Below, one piece after another: positions 1-8,839 of a stretch of DNA of 20,408 bases; the first letter of the stretch is position 1, and the number at the start of each line of letters is the position of its first letter. The position numbers and the translations under genes were made by a program. This DNA is from Nitrospira japonica (GTDB lineage Bacteria > Nitrospirota > Thermodesulfovibrionia > Thermodesulfovibrionales > SM23-35). The stretch lies in contig DYFC01000024.1 in the NCBI GenBank assembly GCA_020725385.1, forward strand, positions 1 through 20,408. Direction: 5' to 3'. The notes under the pieces were generated by a model. It saw nothing but the letters and a program-made list of their open reading frames with translations. It was not told the origin of the DNA and did not search any database.

Positions 1-45
1 AGATTTTTAAATGAGGCAATGAATCATTTTCAGTTAGATTTTTGA
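1..45 (+). CDS. Possible 3' end of an upstream CDS (partial)
   Basis: Frame 1 is open from the window edge (RFLNEAMNHFQLDF) to TGA at 43-45. Too short to identify. Confidence 0.3.
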   Translation, partial: RFLNEAMNHFQLDF

Positions 46-82
46 TGAGGCAATTCGGAAGATAGGTAAAATAAAATTATTG

Positions 83-91
83 TGATATAAT
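83..91 (+). promoter_or_regulatory. Extended -10 promoter element (TGnTATAAT) for the DUF72 gene
   Basis: TG-A-TATAAT at 83-91, ending 6 nt before the GTG at 98. Confidence 0.55.
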
Positions 92-97
92 TAAAAT

Positions 98-832
98 GTG
101 AGCGATTTAAGAATTGGTTGTAGCGGCTTTATGTATGATCATTGGAAGGGGACCTTCTATCCGGATGACCTTTCTAAAAATCGCTGGCTTGATTATTATT
201 GCAACAATTTTACGACTGTAGAATTAAATGTTACTTTTTACAGACTGCCCGAGCGTGAAACTTTTTCAAAATGGTATGCTTTAACCCCGGAGAATTTTGT
301 CTTTTCCCTTAAGGGAAGCAAATTTATCACTCATGTAAAGAAACTCAAAGACTGTTCCGAACCTCTCGAAGCTTTCTTTTCAAGAGCATCAATGCTTAAA
401 GAAAAACTCGGGGTTATATTATGGCAGATGCCTCCCACATTTAACGCGGACCCGGAACGCTTAAAAATGTTTCTTGAAATGATTGAGATTTACAACACAA
501 GAAACGCATTTGAGTTTAGGAATAAGACATGGATAAATAAAAAAATTTTCCCCATTCTTGAAAAATATAATACAGCGTTATGTATCGCGGATTATCCCGA
601 ATATTTATCAAAAATACCTATAACAGCGGACTTTGTTTATATCAGGAGGCATGGTAAAAATGGCAACCATTCAACTTGCTATTCAACCGAAGAGCTTAGA
701 GAAGATGCTAAATTCATTAAGTCATGCCTTAGAAAAAAGAATGATGTTTTTATTTATTTCAACAATGACGCTTATGGTTATGCTCCTAAAAATGCTCTGG
801 AATTATCCGAGTTATTAAAGACTAAAAAATAG
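98..832 (+). CDS. DUF72 domain protein (YecE/YunF family)
   Basis: Motifs IGCSGF.Y..W.G.FYP, VELN.TFYRLP, F.FSLK....ITH, L.Q.PP.F, A.EFR..W, YIRRHG, YFNND. Confidence 0.93.
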   Translation: MSDLRIGCSGFMYDHWKGTFYPDDLSKNRWLDYYCNNFTTVELNVTFYRLPERETFSKWYALTPENFVFSLKGSKFITHVKKLKDCSEPLEAFFSRASMLKEKLGVILWQMPPTFNADPERLKMFLEMIEIYNTRNAFEFRNKTWINKKIFPILEKYNTALCIADYPEYLSKIPITADFVYIRRHGKNGNHSTCYSTEELREDAKFIKSCLRKKNDVFIYFNNDAYGYAPKNALELSELLKTKK

Positions 833-862
833 CTTGTCAAAATGATTTTGAGGTTGCAAATT

Positions 863-1246
863 TCAGGGCATTGATAATTTTAAATGATTATATTCTTTAA
901 GCTCGTCAATAAGTTGTTTTTCATTAAGAACCCCGAGCTTAACCAATGCTTCACCAAAAAACATATAATTATCTGTTTGTTCTTTGAGAAGTTCTTTAAC
1001 CTGTCTCTGACTTAATAAATTTTCTCTTACAGCAACTTCACCGAATTTTTCGTAAGTATCTTCCTGGATAATAAGTATGTTTTCTACCTGTTCCTGTGTA
1101 AGCCAGCCTTTCGATATGGCAAGCTGGCCTATTTTTAAATTATTTTGTTTCTGAAGCTTCCGAGCATTTATTATATCGGTTGGAGTCACAATTTTCCTAT
1201 CAAGCAAAAAACGGCCAAACTTGATATATCTATATTCAGAAAGCAT
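863..1246 (-). CDS. Small protein made of four tandem MshEN-like (GSPII_N-related) 24-aa repeats
   Basis: Four 24-aa motifs starting KFG/KIG/KFG/FFG and ending Q/Q/Q/Y, separated by exactly 5-aa linkers. Confidence 0.75.
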   Translation of the reverse strand: MLSEYRYIKFGRFLLDRKIVTPTDIINARKLQKQNNLKIGQLAISKGWLTQEQVENILIIQEDTYEKFGEVAVRENLLSQRQVKELLKEQTDNYMFFGEALVKLGVLNEKQLIDELKEYNHLKLSMP

Positions 1247-1249
1247 TGT

Positions 1250-2095
1250 TTATATCTCCATCCAGAATTCCATAGCAAGGTCAAATTCATTCTGGACATC
1301 TTTTATTAATAAAGGAATAGTTTCTTCTTTTATATAAAGTTGTTCCCATAAAAAAGGGTTAATAATACTTACCCGAGAATCGGTGCTAACACCAAGAGAA
1401 AGAGCTTTTGAAATAGCATTTCCTAAATGTACTGCCGAAGCAACATCGGGTGCAACTGTAGAAAGAGAAGGGTTATGATGAAATCTAATTACATCGAGAA
1501 TATAATCGGGGAACTTCCATTTTTTACCGATAGCAAACCCTACTTTAGCATGGTTGGTGCCGATAATCTCTTCTTCTACTTCGCAAATCGTCTTTTTTGA
1601 TTTAATTAAGGCATCAAATATTTTTCTTTGTTCTGTCGGAAAGACTTTTGCAATAATTATTTTGCCGATATCGTGAAGTATTCCACAAACAAATGCCTTT
1701 TCTGCATCGTTTGCATTCTTTACCGAAATAATAACTTTTGATGCAACTGCACAACCGAGTGTATGGAGCCAAAGCCCTGCTAAGTCAATCCCTATGTTTT
1801 TATACTGTTCTTTGAATATTGCCGATACTCCAACCGAGGTTGCAACATTACAAATTGTGTTAAATCCAAGAACTATAATTGCTCTTGAAATTGAATCAAC
1901 CTGTGAAGCAAGTCCATAATAACTTGAATTTGCAAGACGAAGAACTTTTGTTGAGAGAGATGAATCTTTTTCTATTATTTCTGCAATTTCATCAACATTT
2001 ACTTCAGAATTCTGCAGAACCTCGTTAATTTTCAAGATAATTTCCGGTAGAACAGGAAGGTCATCAATATTATTAATTATTCTGTTTTCGTCCAT
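1250..2095 (-). CDS. HDOD domain-containing signal transduction protein
   Basis: LPVLP, D..L..KVLRLANS.YY, LW.H, AF..GILHDIGK, HA.VG.....W..P, IRFHH. Confidence 0.93.
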   Translation of the reverse strand: MDENRIINNIDDLPVLPEIILKINEVLQNSEVNVDEIAEIIEKDSSLSTKVLRLANSSYYGLASQVDSISRAIIVLGFNTICNVATSVGVSAIFKEQYKNIGIDLAGLWLHTLGCAVASKVIISVKNANDAEKAFVCGILHDIGKIIIAKVFPTEQRKIFDALIKSKKTICEVEEEIIGTNHAKVGFAIGKKWKFPDYILDVIRFHHNPSLSTVAPDVASAVHLGNAISKALSLGVSTDSRVSIINPFLWEQLYIKEETIPLLIKDVQNEFDLAMEFWMEI

Positions 2096-2442
2096 ATATT
2101 AGTTGATGATAACACTCTTAATGCTGTAAGTTCGAGTACTGCATTAAATAAAGCTTCTGTCATAAAGTCAGATTTGTAATTAATAAATCTTTGTTCAACC
2201 ATATCGCGATATAATTCTTTTGTTTTCTCTATATCTTCTCTGGAAAAGTCTATAATATCAGTTTTTTCTTCAATCACTATTTTCGAAACACCTCTATTCG
2301 CCAGCCTTTTAATATTTTCTTCTGAAAGTTCGGTTCCTTTTTGCAATAAAACTTGTCCATAATTGTTTCTGACATCAATTCCTACTATCATACCAGGAGA
2401 AGCGTCTTGAATCTTTATACTTTTCATATAGATATTATACAT
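2077..2442 (-). CDS. Small hypothetical protein with the PGM...D.....G..LL..G..L accessory domain typical of HD-GYP/HDOD-associated proteins
   Basis: SPGMIVGIDVRNNYGQVLLQKGTELSEENIKRL..RGV. The ATG at 2442 overlaps the upstream TGA (TGATG). Alternative starts are TTG 2445 and ATG 2427. Confidence 0.75.
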   Translation of the reverse strand: MYNIYMKSIKIQDASPGMIVGIDVRNNYGQVLLQKGTELSEENIKRLANRGVSKIVIEEKTDIIDFSREDIEKTKELYRDMVEQRFINYKSDFMTEALFNAVLELTALRVLSSTNIWTKTE

Positions 2443-3761
2443 CAAAGTTGCCGGGTTATAAATATTCCGCTTTCCGGAGGGTCAATTTCATAATACCTCT
2501 GAATTGCGTTTATTATTTTCTTATCAAGTATTATGCCCTGAGCTAATATAAGTATCCCGCTACCGCTCCTGATGTCACGGGAAATAATCATACCCGGAAC
2601 AAGTTTTGACGGATGTACTTCCAGTTCACTTGAAAAATCCTGTGCAGATATTTCATTTATCTTTTCGGATATAATATATTCCAGATAATGAAAGATATGC
2701 CTGTCATATTTTTTATCGAGATAAAGTTCAATTTCATTCAAAGCCTTTTGATAATTATTCTTAGCTAACGGATTACCATTTGCAATCCTATCAACAGCAT
2801 CTGCCATAGAAATAATTCTGCTTCCCAATGGTATGGCAGTCCTCTTCAGACCGTCAGGAAACCCAGTGCCATCAACATTTTCGTGATGATGCCTGATAAG
2901 CAGGCCTATTTCTTGAAACCCTTCAAGAGAAGCAATAGCAACCTGTCCACGAATAGGATGCAATATATATTCATTTCTTTCAAACTCGTTCCATTCCTCC
3001 TCCCTTTTTGCAAGAATAGAATCGGGAATGCCTATTTTTCCAATATCATGAAGAAGCGCTGCAACAAAAATATTATTTACGTCATGGTCCGATAAAGCCA
3101 TTGCCTTTGCATTTTGTATTGCGATTGATGCAACATTTTTTGAGTGGTTTGATATAGTTTTATCGCGCATTTCTATTAGACCGGAAAATACTTCTATAGA
3201 TTGTTTAAAGTTCTTTTCAAGATGTTCATTGAGTTCTTGCAATTTTTTATTCTGCTTTTGAATATCGATAGTCTGCTCCTGAACCATAATCTCAAGTTGA
3301 GTATTCCATTTTTTCAATTCTTCATTTTGTTTCTTGGTTAATTCTGTTAAGTCCTTATTTTCCTTGATAAGACGGTATTTTTCGATAGAATCCTTGATAA
3401 GAAGTATAATATCTGTATCATCCCAGGGTTTTGTTATATATCTGTAGGCTCCCCCTTTATTTATAGCATCCATTGCTGCATTAATATCTGCGTATCCTGT
3501 GAGAATAATTCTAATTGAATCAGGTGAAATCTCTTTTGCCCTTGCAAGGAATTCAACTCCATTCATTTCTGGCATTTTCTGATCCGATATTACAACACTA
3601 ATTTCATTTTTTTTAATAATATCAAGACCGGCACCACCAGAATTTGCAGTAAAAACTTCAATTTCTTCATCAATGAAAAGGCGCTTGAGTGATTTTAAGA
3701 TATTTTCTTCATCATCAACAAAAAGTATTTTTGGTATTTCTTTAGTCTCTTTATAACTCAT
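2442..3761 (-). CDS. Response regulator with HD-GYP-type phosphohydrolase domain (RpfG-like, putative c-di-GMP phosphodiesterase)
   Basis: N-terminal REC (FVDDE, SDQKMP, LTG, KPW), coiled coil, then HS..VA, LLHDIGKIGIPD, HP..G, HHHENVDGTGFPDGL, IPLGSRII..AD. Confidence 0.9.
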   Translation of the reverse strand: MSYKETKEIPKILFVDDEENILKSLKRLFIDEEIEVFTANSGGAGLDIIKKNEISVVISDQKMPEMNGVEFLARAKEISPDSIRIILTGYADINAAMDAINKGGAYRYITKPWDDTDIILLIKDSIEKYRLIKENKDLTELTKKQNEELKKWNTQLEIMVQEQTIDIQKQNKKLQELNEHLEKNFKQSIEVFSGLIEMRDKTISNHSKNVASIAIQNAKAMALSDHDVNNIFVAALLHDIGKIGIPDSILAKREEEWNEFERNEYILHPIRGQVAIASLEGFQEIGLLIRHHHENVDGTGFPDGLKRTAIPLGSRIISMADAVDRIANGNPLAKNNYQKALNEIELYLDKKYDRHIFHYLEYIISEKINEISAQDFSSELEVHPSKLVPGMIISRDIRSGSGILILAQGIILDKKIINAIQRYYEIDPPESGIFITRQL

Positions 3762-3770
3762 TATTAAACC

Positions 3771-4589
3771 TTAATTATTATCTTCTCTTATAAAAACAAG
3801 AATTAAACCTTTTTGAACATCATCCTGTTCGAGTAGAGAGCCCTTTAAAGTGCCTTTTTTACCATAAATATTAATTGATGTAACCGACCTCTTCTTGTTT
3901 TTTACTTCTTCAATAAATTCAAGAACCGATTCAGGGAAAACATGTTCAATATTCTGATCAATTGGAAATTCATTATTTTTTGTTATCTCAAGACATGTAC
4001 TGTTGCACATGACAATAGTTTTATTTAAATCAATTCCTATAATTCCAACAGGAATCATATCAAGAATGTTTTGCTGGGTAGATAGAACTTTACTCTGAAA
4101 TTTTGTGGTCTCGGTTTCTTTCTCAAGTAACCTTCTAAGTTCATTGTTTAGTCTGGTTAATTCCTCATTTTTTTCTTTTAATTCCTTAGTTAATTCTAAA
4201 TTTTTTTTATAAAGGTGATACCTTTCGATAGCATTAAGTATTGTTATCTTTAATTCAGTATCATTCCATGGTTTGGGAATAAATTTATATATTTCCCCTT
4301 CATTTATAGCCATAACAATTGAAGTAATATCGGCATATCCTGATAAAACTATTCTGACCGTTTCAGGCCAGTTTTTGCGCACTTCTTTAAGAAAATCAAC
4401 ACCTGACATTCCAGGCATTCTATAGTCAGAGATAATTATCTGGATATTTTCTTTCTTTAGAATATCAAGGCCTTGGATTCCCGAGGAAGCAGTAAGTATT
4501 TCATAATCCTCGTCAAAAAAAAGCCTTTTAATAGCCTTTAAAACATTTTCTTCATCATCAACACATAGTATTTTAATTTTTTCTTCCAT
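3771..4589 (-). CDS. Response regulator (REC - coiled coil - PAS-like), no DNA-binding output domain
   Basis: CVDDE, SDYRMP, LSG, KPW. The C-terminus has a PAS-like start, ILDMIPVGIIGIDLNKTIVMCN. Confidence 0.88.
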   Translation of the reverse strand: MEEKIKILCVDDEENVLKAIKRLFFDEDYEILTASSGIQGLDILKKENIQIIISDYRMPGMSGVDFLKEVRKNWPETVRIVLSGYADITSIVMAINEGEIYKFIPKPWNDTELKITILNAIERYHLYKKNLELTKELKEKNEELTRLNNELRRLLEKETETTKFQSKVLSTQQNILDMIPVGIIGIDLNKTIVMCNSTCLEITKNNEFPIDQNIEHVFPESVLEFIEEVKNKKRSVTSINIYGKKGTLKGSLLEQDDVQKGLILVFIREDNN

Positions 4590-4592
4590 TTT

Positions 4593-6647
4593 CTACTGCT
4601 CAACTACAGGTATCCGTATTGTAAAAGTAGTGCCTTTTCCGACTTCACTATCAACGCCTATAAGCCCTTTATGTTTATTAATAATATCGTAGGCAATACT
4701 TAGACCTAAACCAGTCCCTTTCCCGACTTCTTTTGTTGTAAAAAATGGTTCAAATATTCTTCCTATCTTATCTTGAGGAATTCCACAACCTGTATCAGAG
4801 ATTGAAATGTTTATGAAGCCATCATCAGCCCATGTTTTTACAGAAATCTCACCTTGTTTTTCGATCGCATGAGCAGCATTGATGAGTATATTCATAAATA
4901 CTTGATTTAACTGTCCCGGGTTGCATTTTGTTAGAGGTAAATCTCCGTATTCTTTAACAAGTTTAGCCCTGTATTTGATTTCATTCCACACAATATTAAT
5001 TGTACTCTCGAGTCCTTCATTGATATTTGCCATTTTAAATTCTGCCTCATCAATTCTTGAAAAGCTTTTTAAGTCCTGAACAATATGTTTAACCCTATCT
5101 ACACCATCAAGAGATTCTTTAATTAAGCTGTCAGAATCTTCAAGAATAAAATCTATTTTCAATGCTTTAATTTTATTCCAAATATCTTTAATAGCTTCAG
5201 AGGTAACTCCCTCCACTATCAATCTTGAATTTACTTCATTCTGGAGTTGCATGAATTCATTCAATCTCCTCATATATTTTTGCAGTGAATTAAGATTGCT
5301 CATAATGAATCCGATTGGATTGTTAATCTCGTGGGCTATGCCGGCAGCAAGCTGTCCTATTGAAGCCATTTTTTCCTGTTGAAGTACCTGAGCCTGTGTT
5401 GCCTTAAGCTTTTCATAAGCTTCTTCAACCTCTCTGTTTTTCTTTTCAAGCATGTTCATCATATTATTGAAATGCTCTCCGATTCTGAATATAGGATTTT
5501 CTGTTGCTTCTATATAGACAGGACAATGCTCGCAACGTCCGAGTTTCTGTGCAAAATCTCCCTGAACTTCACCACCGCAGTGGGTTCCCGAAATCTGCCA
5601 GCATCTTATATTATACTTTCCATAACATGGACAGGCAGTTTTTTTGCAATCAAGATTCTCGCTGCATGAAACAAGGTTTGGATTGTCAAATCTAACACTG
5701 AAACTCTGTTCTTTCTCAGCCTGAATAATAAGTTCTGAAAGTTGGTCTAAGGCAGACTCAAGTCTTTCCTTATGGTTTTGTAATTCAATATTTTGTGCAC
5801 GGATTTTTTCCCTCTGGGCTCTTATTTCTTCGGCGGACGATTTAAGTCTTGTAATATCATAAAGTGTTACTACCTGACGGATTACTTTATTATTTTTTGT
5901 ATAAATTTCATAAAAAGGATATATCTGGAGAAGCATCCATTTTTTTGTTCTATAATTATATAACTCAACTCCGCCATATAAATAGCAATCACCCGGCATA
6001 GGACTGAAACCAATATTATTTAAAATTACTTCCCATTTTTTATTTATTAAATCCCTGTATTCAAGTCCCGAAAGTTCAGTTAAGTAGTAATTGCATCTAC
6101 ATATCTTTCTTTCTTGATCTACAATCATTATTATTCTATCTATGAAATCAACTGCTGATTCCCATTCCTGTTTGGCCGTAGTAATTTCCTTAAAAAATTT
6201 TTCGGGGTCATCAGGATATTTTTTCACATACTTCCCGTTGATTTTAGATATTACATCTCCAGTATGTTCGATAGCGTTTTTTATTACTACACCAACTCTA
6301 TCAGGTTCTGCAAAAGGCTTTTTGAGATAAAGGAATATATTCTGGGTTATCAGTTCATACGCGTTATCATCGTTATCTTGTTCGGTAATAGCTATGATGG
6401 GTACAATATCCGAAATCTCCCTGACTTTCTTTATGAATTCTATTCCAGATTCCCCTGGTAAGACAATATCAGAAATTATGAGATCGCTTCTGTATTTTTC
6501 ATATAAATCAAGGGCATTAACAATACTTTCACATTCGTATATTTTATATCCCTCGGGTATGACACGCTCCTTTATCATATTTCTTATAAATGGGTCATCA
6601 TCAATTATGAGAACACTTTTATTTTTAGCCATTATTTTTCTCTTCAA
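4593..6647 (-). CDS. Soluble hybrid sensor histidine kinase (REC - PAS - Cys-rich insert - HisKA - HATPase_c)
   Basis: REC (IDDD, SDIVLP, KPF), PAS-like segment, H-box AHEINNP, N-box NILINA, G1 DTGCGI, F-box FEPFFTTK, G2 GTGLGL. No transmembrane helix. The real start may be ATG 6632. Confidence 0.93.
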   Translation of the reverse strand: MKRKIMAKNKSVLIIDDDPFIRNMIKERVIPEGYKIYECESIVNALDLYEKYRSDLIISDIVLPGESGIEFIKKVREISDIVPIIAITEQDNDDNAYELITQNIFLYLKKPFAEPDRVGVVIKNAIEHTGDVISKINGKYVKKYPDDPEKFFKEITTAKQEWESAVDFIDRIIMIVDQERKICRCNYYLTELSGLEYRDLINKKWEVILNNIGFSPMPGDCYLYGGVELYNYRTKKWMLLQIYPFYEIYTKNNKVIRQVVTLYDITRLKSSAEEIRAQREKIRAQNIELQNHKERLESALDQLSELIIQAEKEQSFSVRFDNPNLVSCSENLDCKKTACPCYGKYNIRCWQISGTHCGGEVQGDFAQKLGRCEHCPVYIEATENPIFRIGEHFNNMMNMLEKKNREVEEAYEKLKATQAQVLQQEKMASIGQLAAGIAHEINNPIGFIMSNLNSLQKYMRRLNEFMQLQNEVNSRLIVEGVTSEAIKDIWNKIKALKIDFILEDSDSLIKESLDGVDRVKHIVQDLKSFSRIDEAEFKMANINEGLESTINIVWNEIKYRAKLVKEYGDLPLTKCNPGQLNQVFMNILINAAHAIEKQGEISVKTWADDGFINISISDTGCGIPQDKIGRIFEPFFTTKEVGKGTGLGLSIAYDIINKHKGLIGVDSEVGKGTTFTIRIPVVEQ

Positions 6648-6847
6648 GACATTTTTCGCCTTTATTTATATTTATCGGTAAATAAAAAAAATAATTTAAC
6701 CAAATATTACTCAAATAACATTAAACGTAACCCATGAAAATGTCATATAACTCGGAGGCTGTATCGCAATAGCATGTCATTTCGAGGAGTGCAAGAGGGA
6801 GATATAATCGAAAAATAAATTTTTAAGAAACGTCTAAAATTTTTGTG

Positions 6848-8839
6848 TTAATAAAAAAGTTTTAAGACAATATTTAAAATGCCTCCCACTAATATTGCAA
6901 AAGGGATTATAAGTGACATCATTAAAATTGCTGTTTTAATCCCGCGTTCTTTAATTATCATAAAAAAATTCGCAAGACATGGGACAAATAGAGTGAGGGT
7001 TGCAAGGCTTACTATAACTTGAATTTCATTCATAAGTCCCTGGCGTGCCATGTCAAATAGGCCTGCTGCCCCATAATCTCTTCTCAAAAATCCCATTATA
7101 AGAGCTTCAGTTGCTTTAGATGGCAATCCAAGAAACCCTACAACAACAGGAGAGGCGATACTCTCAATCCAAACAAGCAGATTCATTCTATCAAGAATGA
7201 ACAGAATAAAAGTGCCGAGAACAAATAATGGTACTGCTTCTTTTAGATACCATTCTATTCTACTCAAGGTTTTCATTATTATATTTATCAAAGAAGGCAC
7301 CCTTAATGGCGGAAGCTCTATGAAAAAGTCTGGTTTTTCACCCGGTACAAACCTGGCTGCAAGATAGCCTGTCAGCATAAGTACAATAATAATACAAGCA
7401 GCCCACCAGATAGTTGCCTTAACAGGAAGTGGACCGAGCATACCAAAGACTACGCCTAATTGAGCAGAACATGGTATTGCAAGAGCTATTAAGAAAGTAG
7501 CTATAATTTTTTCACGTTTCGTTTCAAGAATCCTTGTTGACATAGTTGCCATAGTTCCACATCCAAGGCCGAGAATCATTGGAAGTATAGCTTTTCCATT
7601 CAGTCCTATAGCCCGGAATACTCTATCCGATACAACAGCAAGTCTTGGTAAATAACCACTGTCTTCAAGAACCCCGAATGCTATAAAGAAAGTTGAAGTA
7701 ATAGGAAGAATTATTCCAATAGCATAAGTTAGAGCCATAGTAAATATTCCATATTTGCCAATTAACATATCCTGAAAAAATCCTACGGGTAAAATAGCTT
7801 TAACAGATAATTCTATGATTGGGTTAATGTATCTACTGAATATTATTTCATCAAAAAAATCAACCATTAGGCCAGCACCAAATTTTCCGACAAATAGATA
7901 AAAGGCAGATATAACTAAAAGTAAAAGAGGTATCCCCCAGAAAGGATGTGTTGTCCAGTTATTAAGGATATGCAGAAATTTCCCTGTGTGAGTTGTACTT
8001 TGTTTTTGTACTGTTTTTACAATCTCCTCGGCAGTTTTAATTCTTGCATTGTTAATAATTGAAGAGATTGGTTCTTTCAGTTTTGACTGGGCTTCATCTC
8101 TGAGTTCTTCTATTTTCTTGATTTTATCTGAACTAAGATTAGCCATAAGCCAATTTTTAAGGCTCTCATCTCCTGACAATATCATTAAAGATATTGAACG
8201 TTGCGATATATTTGAATCAGGAATTAAAGAAGAGATTTTAGTCGCATATTCTTCAATTATAGAATTATAAATTGGATTGATTTCAGCTTTTCTCGGGTTT
8301 AATATTGCTTCTTTAAGTTGATTAATGCCTTTTTTTTGCGGAGCTATAGTTGCTACGACTTCTATATTCAGCAAATTGCTGAGTTTTTGATAATCAATTT
8401 CAATACCACGTGCTTTTGCTTCATCCTCCATATTCAGGTCAAGAATGCATGGCAGATTCATCTCAGAAAGCTGAATCAAAAGCATTATAGCTCTTTTTAA
8501 GTTTTTTGCATCAGCTACAAGAACAACAGCTTCAGCTTTTTCATTTATTAATATATCCCGTGTAACTTTCTCATCTTCACTCATTGGAGTTAAATTATTA
8601 ACCCCTGGTGAATCAATCAAAATGAATTTTTTATCACCAATTGAAACATTTCCATATGAAACTTCAACAGTAGTTCCGGGATAATTGGAAACAGTAACAT
8701 ACTTGCCGGTTAGTAATCCAAAAATTACACTTTTACCAACATTTGGATTCCCGATCAGTATTACCTTACTATGTTGTTTTCCCTTTTGATGTCTATGTCT
8801 ATATCTTTTTTGTTTTTCTATTTCATATTCTTCCTGCAT
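6848..8839 (-). CDS. feoB: Ferrous iron transport protein B
   Basis: G1 GNPNVGKS, G2 NYPGTT, G3 DSPG, G4 NMED. Membrane domain has LEDSGYLPR, LGLGC, PCSAQL, ELPP, FVPC. ATG 8839 preferred over TTG 8848. Confidence 0.95.
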   Translation of the reverse strand: MQEEYEIEKQKRYRHRHQKGKQHSKVILIGNPNVGKSVIFGLLTGKYVTVSNYPGTTVEVSYGNVSIGDKKFILIDSPGVNNLTPMSEDEKVTRDILINEKAEAVVLVADAKNLKRAIMLLIQLSEMNLPCILDLNMEDEAKARGIEIDYQKLSNLLNIEVVATIAPQKKGINQLKEAILNPRKAEINPIYNSIIEEYATKISSLIPDSNISQRSISLMILSGDESLKNWLMANLSSDKIKKIEELRDEAQSKLKEPISSIINNARIKTAEEIVKTVQKQSTTHTGKFLHILNNWTTHPFWGIPLLLLVISAFYLFVGKFGAGLMVDFFDEIIFSRYINPIIELSVKAILPVGFFQDMLIGKYGIFTMALTYAIGIILPITSTFFIAFGVLEDSGYLPRLAVVSDRVFRAIGLNGKAILPMILGLGCGTMATMSTRILETKREKIIATFLIALAIPCSAQLGVVFGMLGPLPVKATIWWAACIIIVLMLTGYLAARFVPGEKPDFFIELPPLRVPSLINIIMKTLSRIEWYLKEAVPLFVLGTFILFILDRMNLLVWIESIASPVVVGFLGLPSKATEALIMGFLRRDYGAAGLFDMARQGLMNEIQVIVSLATLTLFVPCLANFFMIIKERGIKTAILMMSLIIPFAILVGGILNIVLKLFY

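Noticed and set aside
837-851. Palindrome TCAAAATGATTTTGA as a Fur box or terminator
   Set aside because: It lies between convergent 3' ends and the AT-rich stem is too weak to call.
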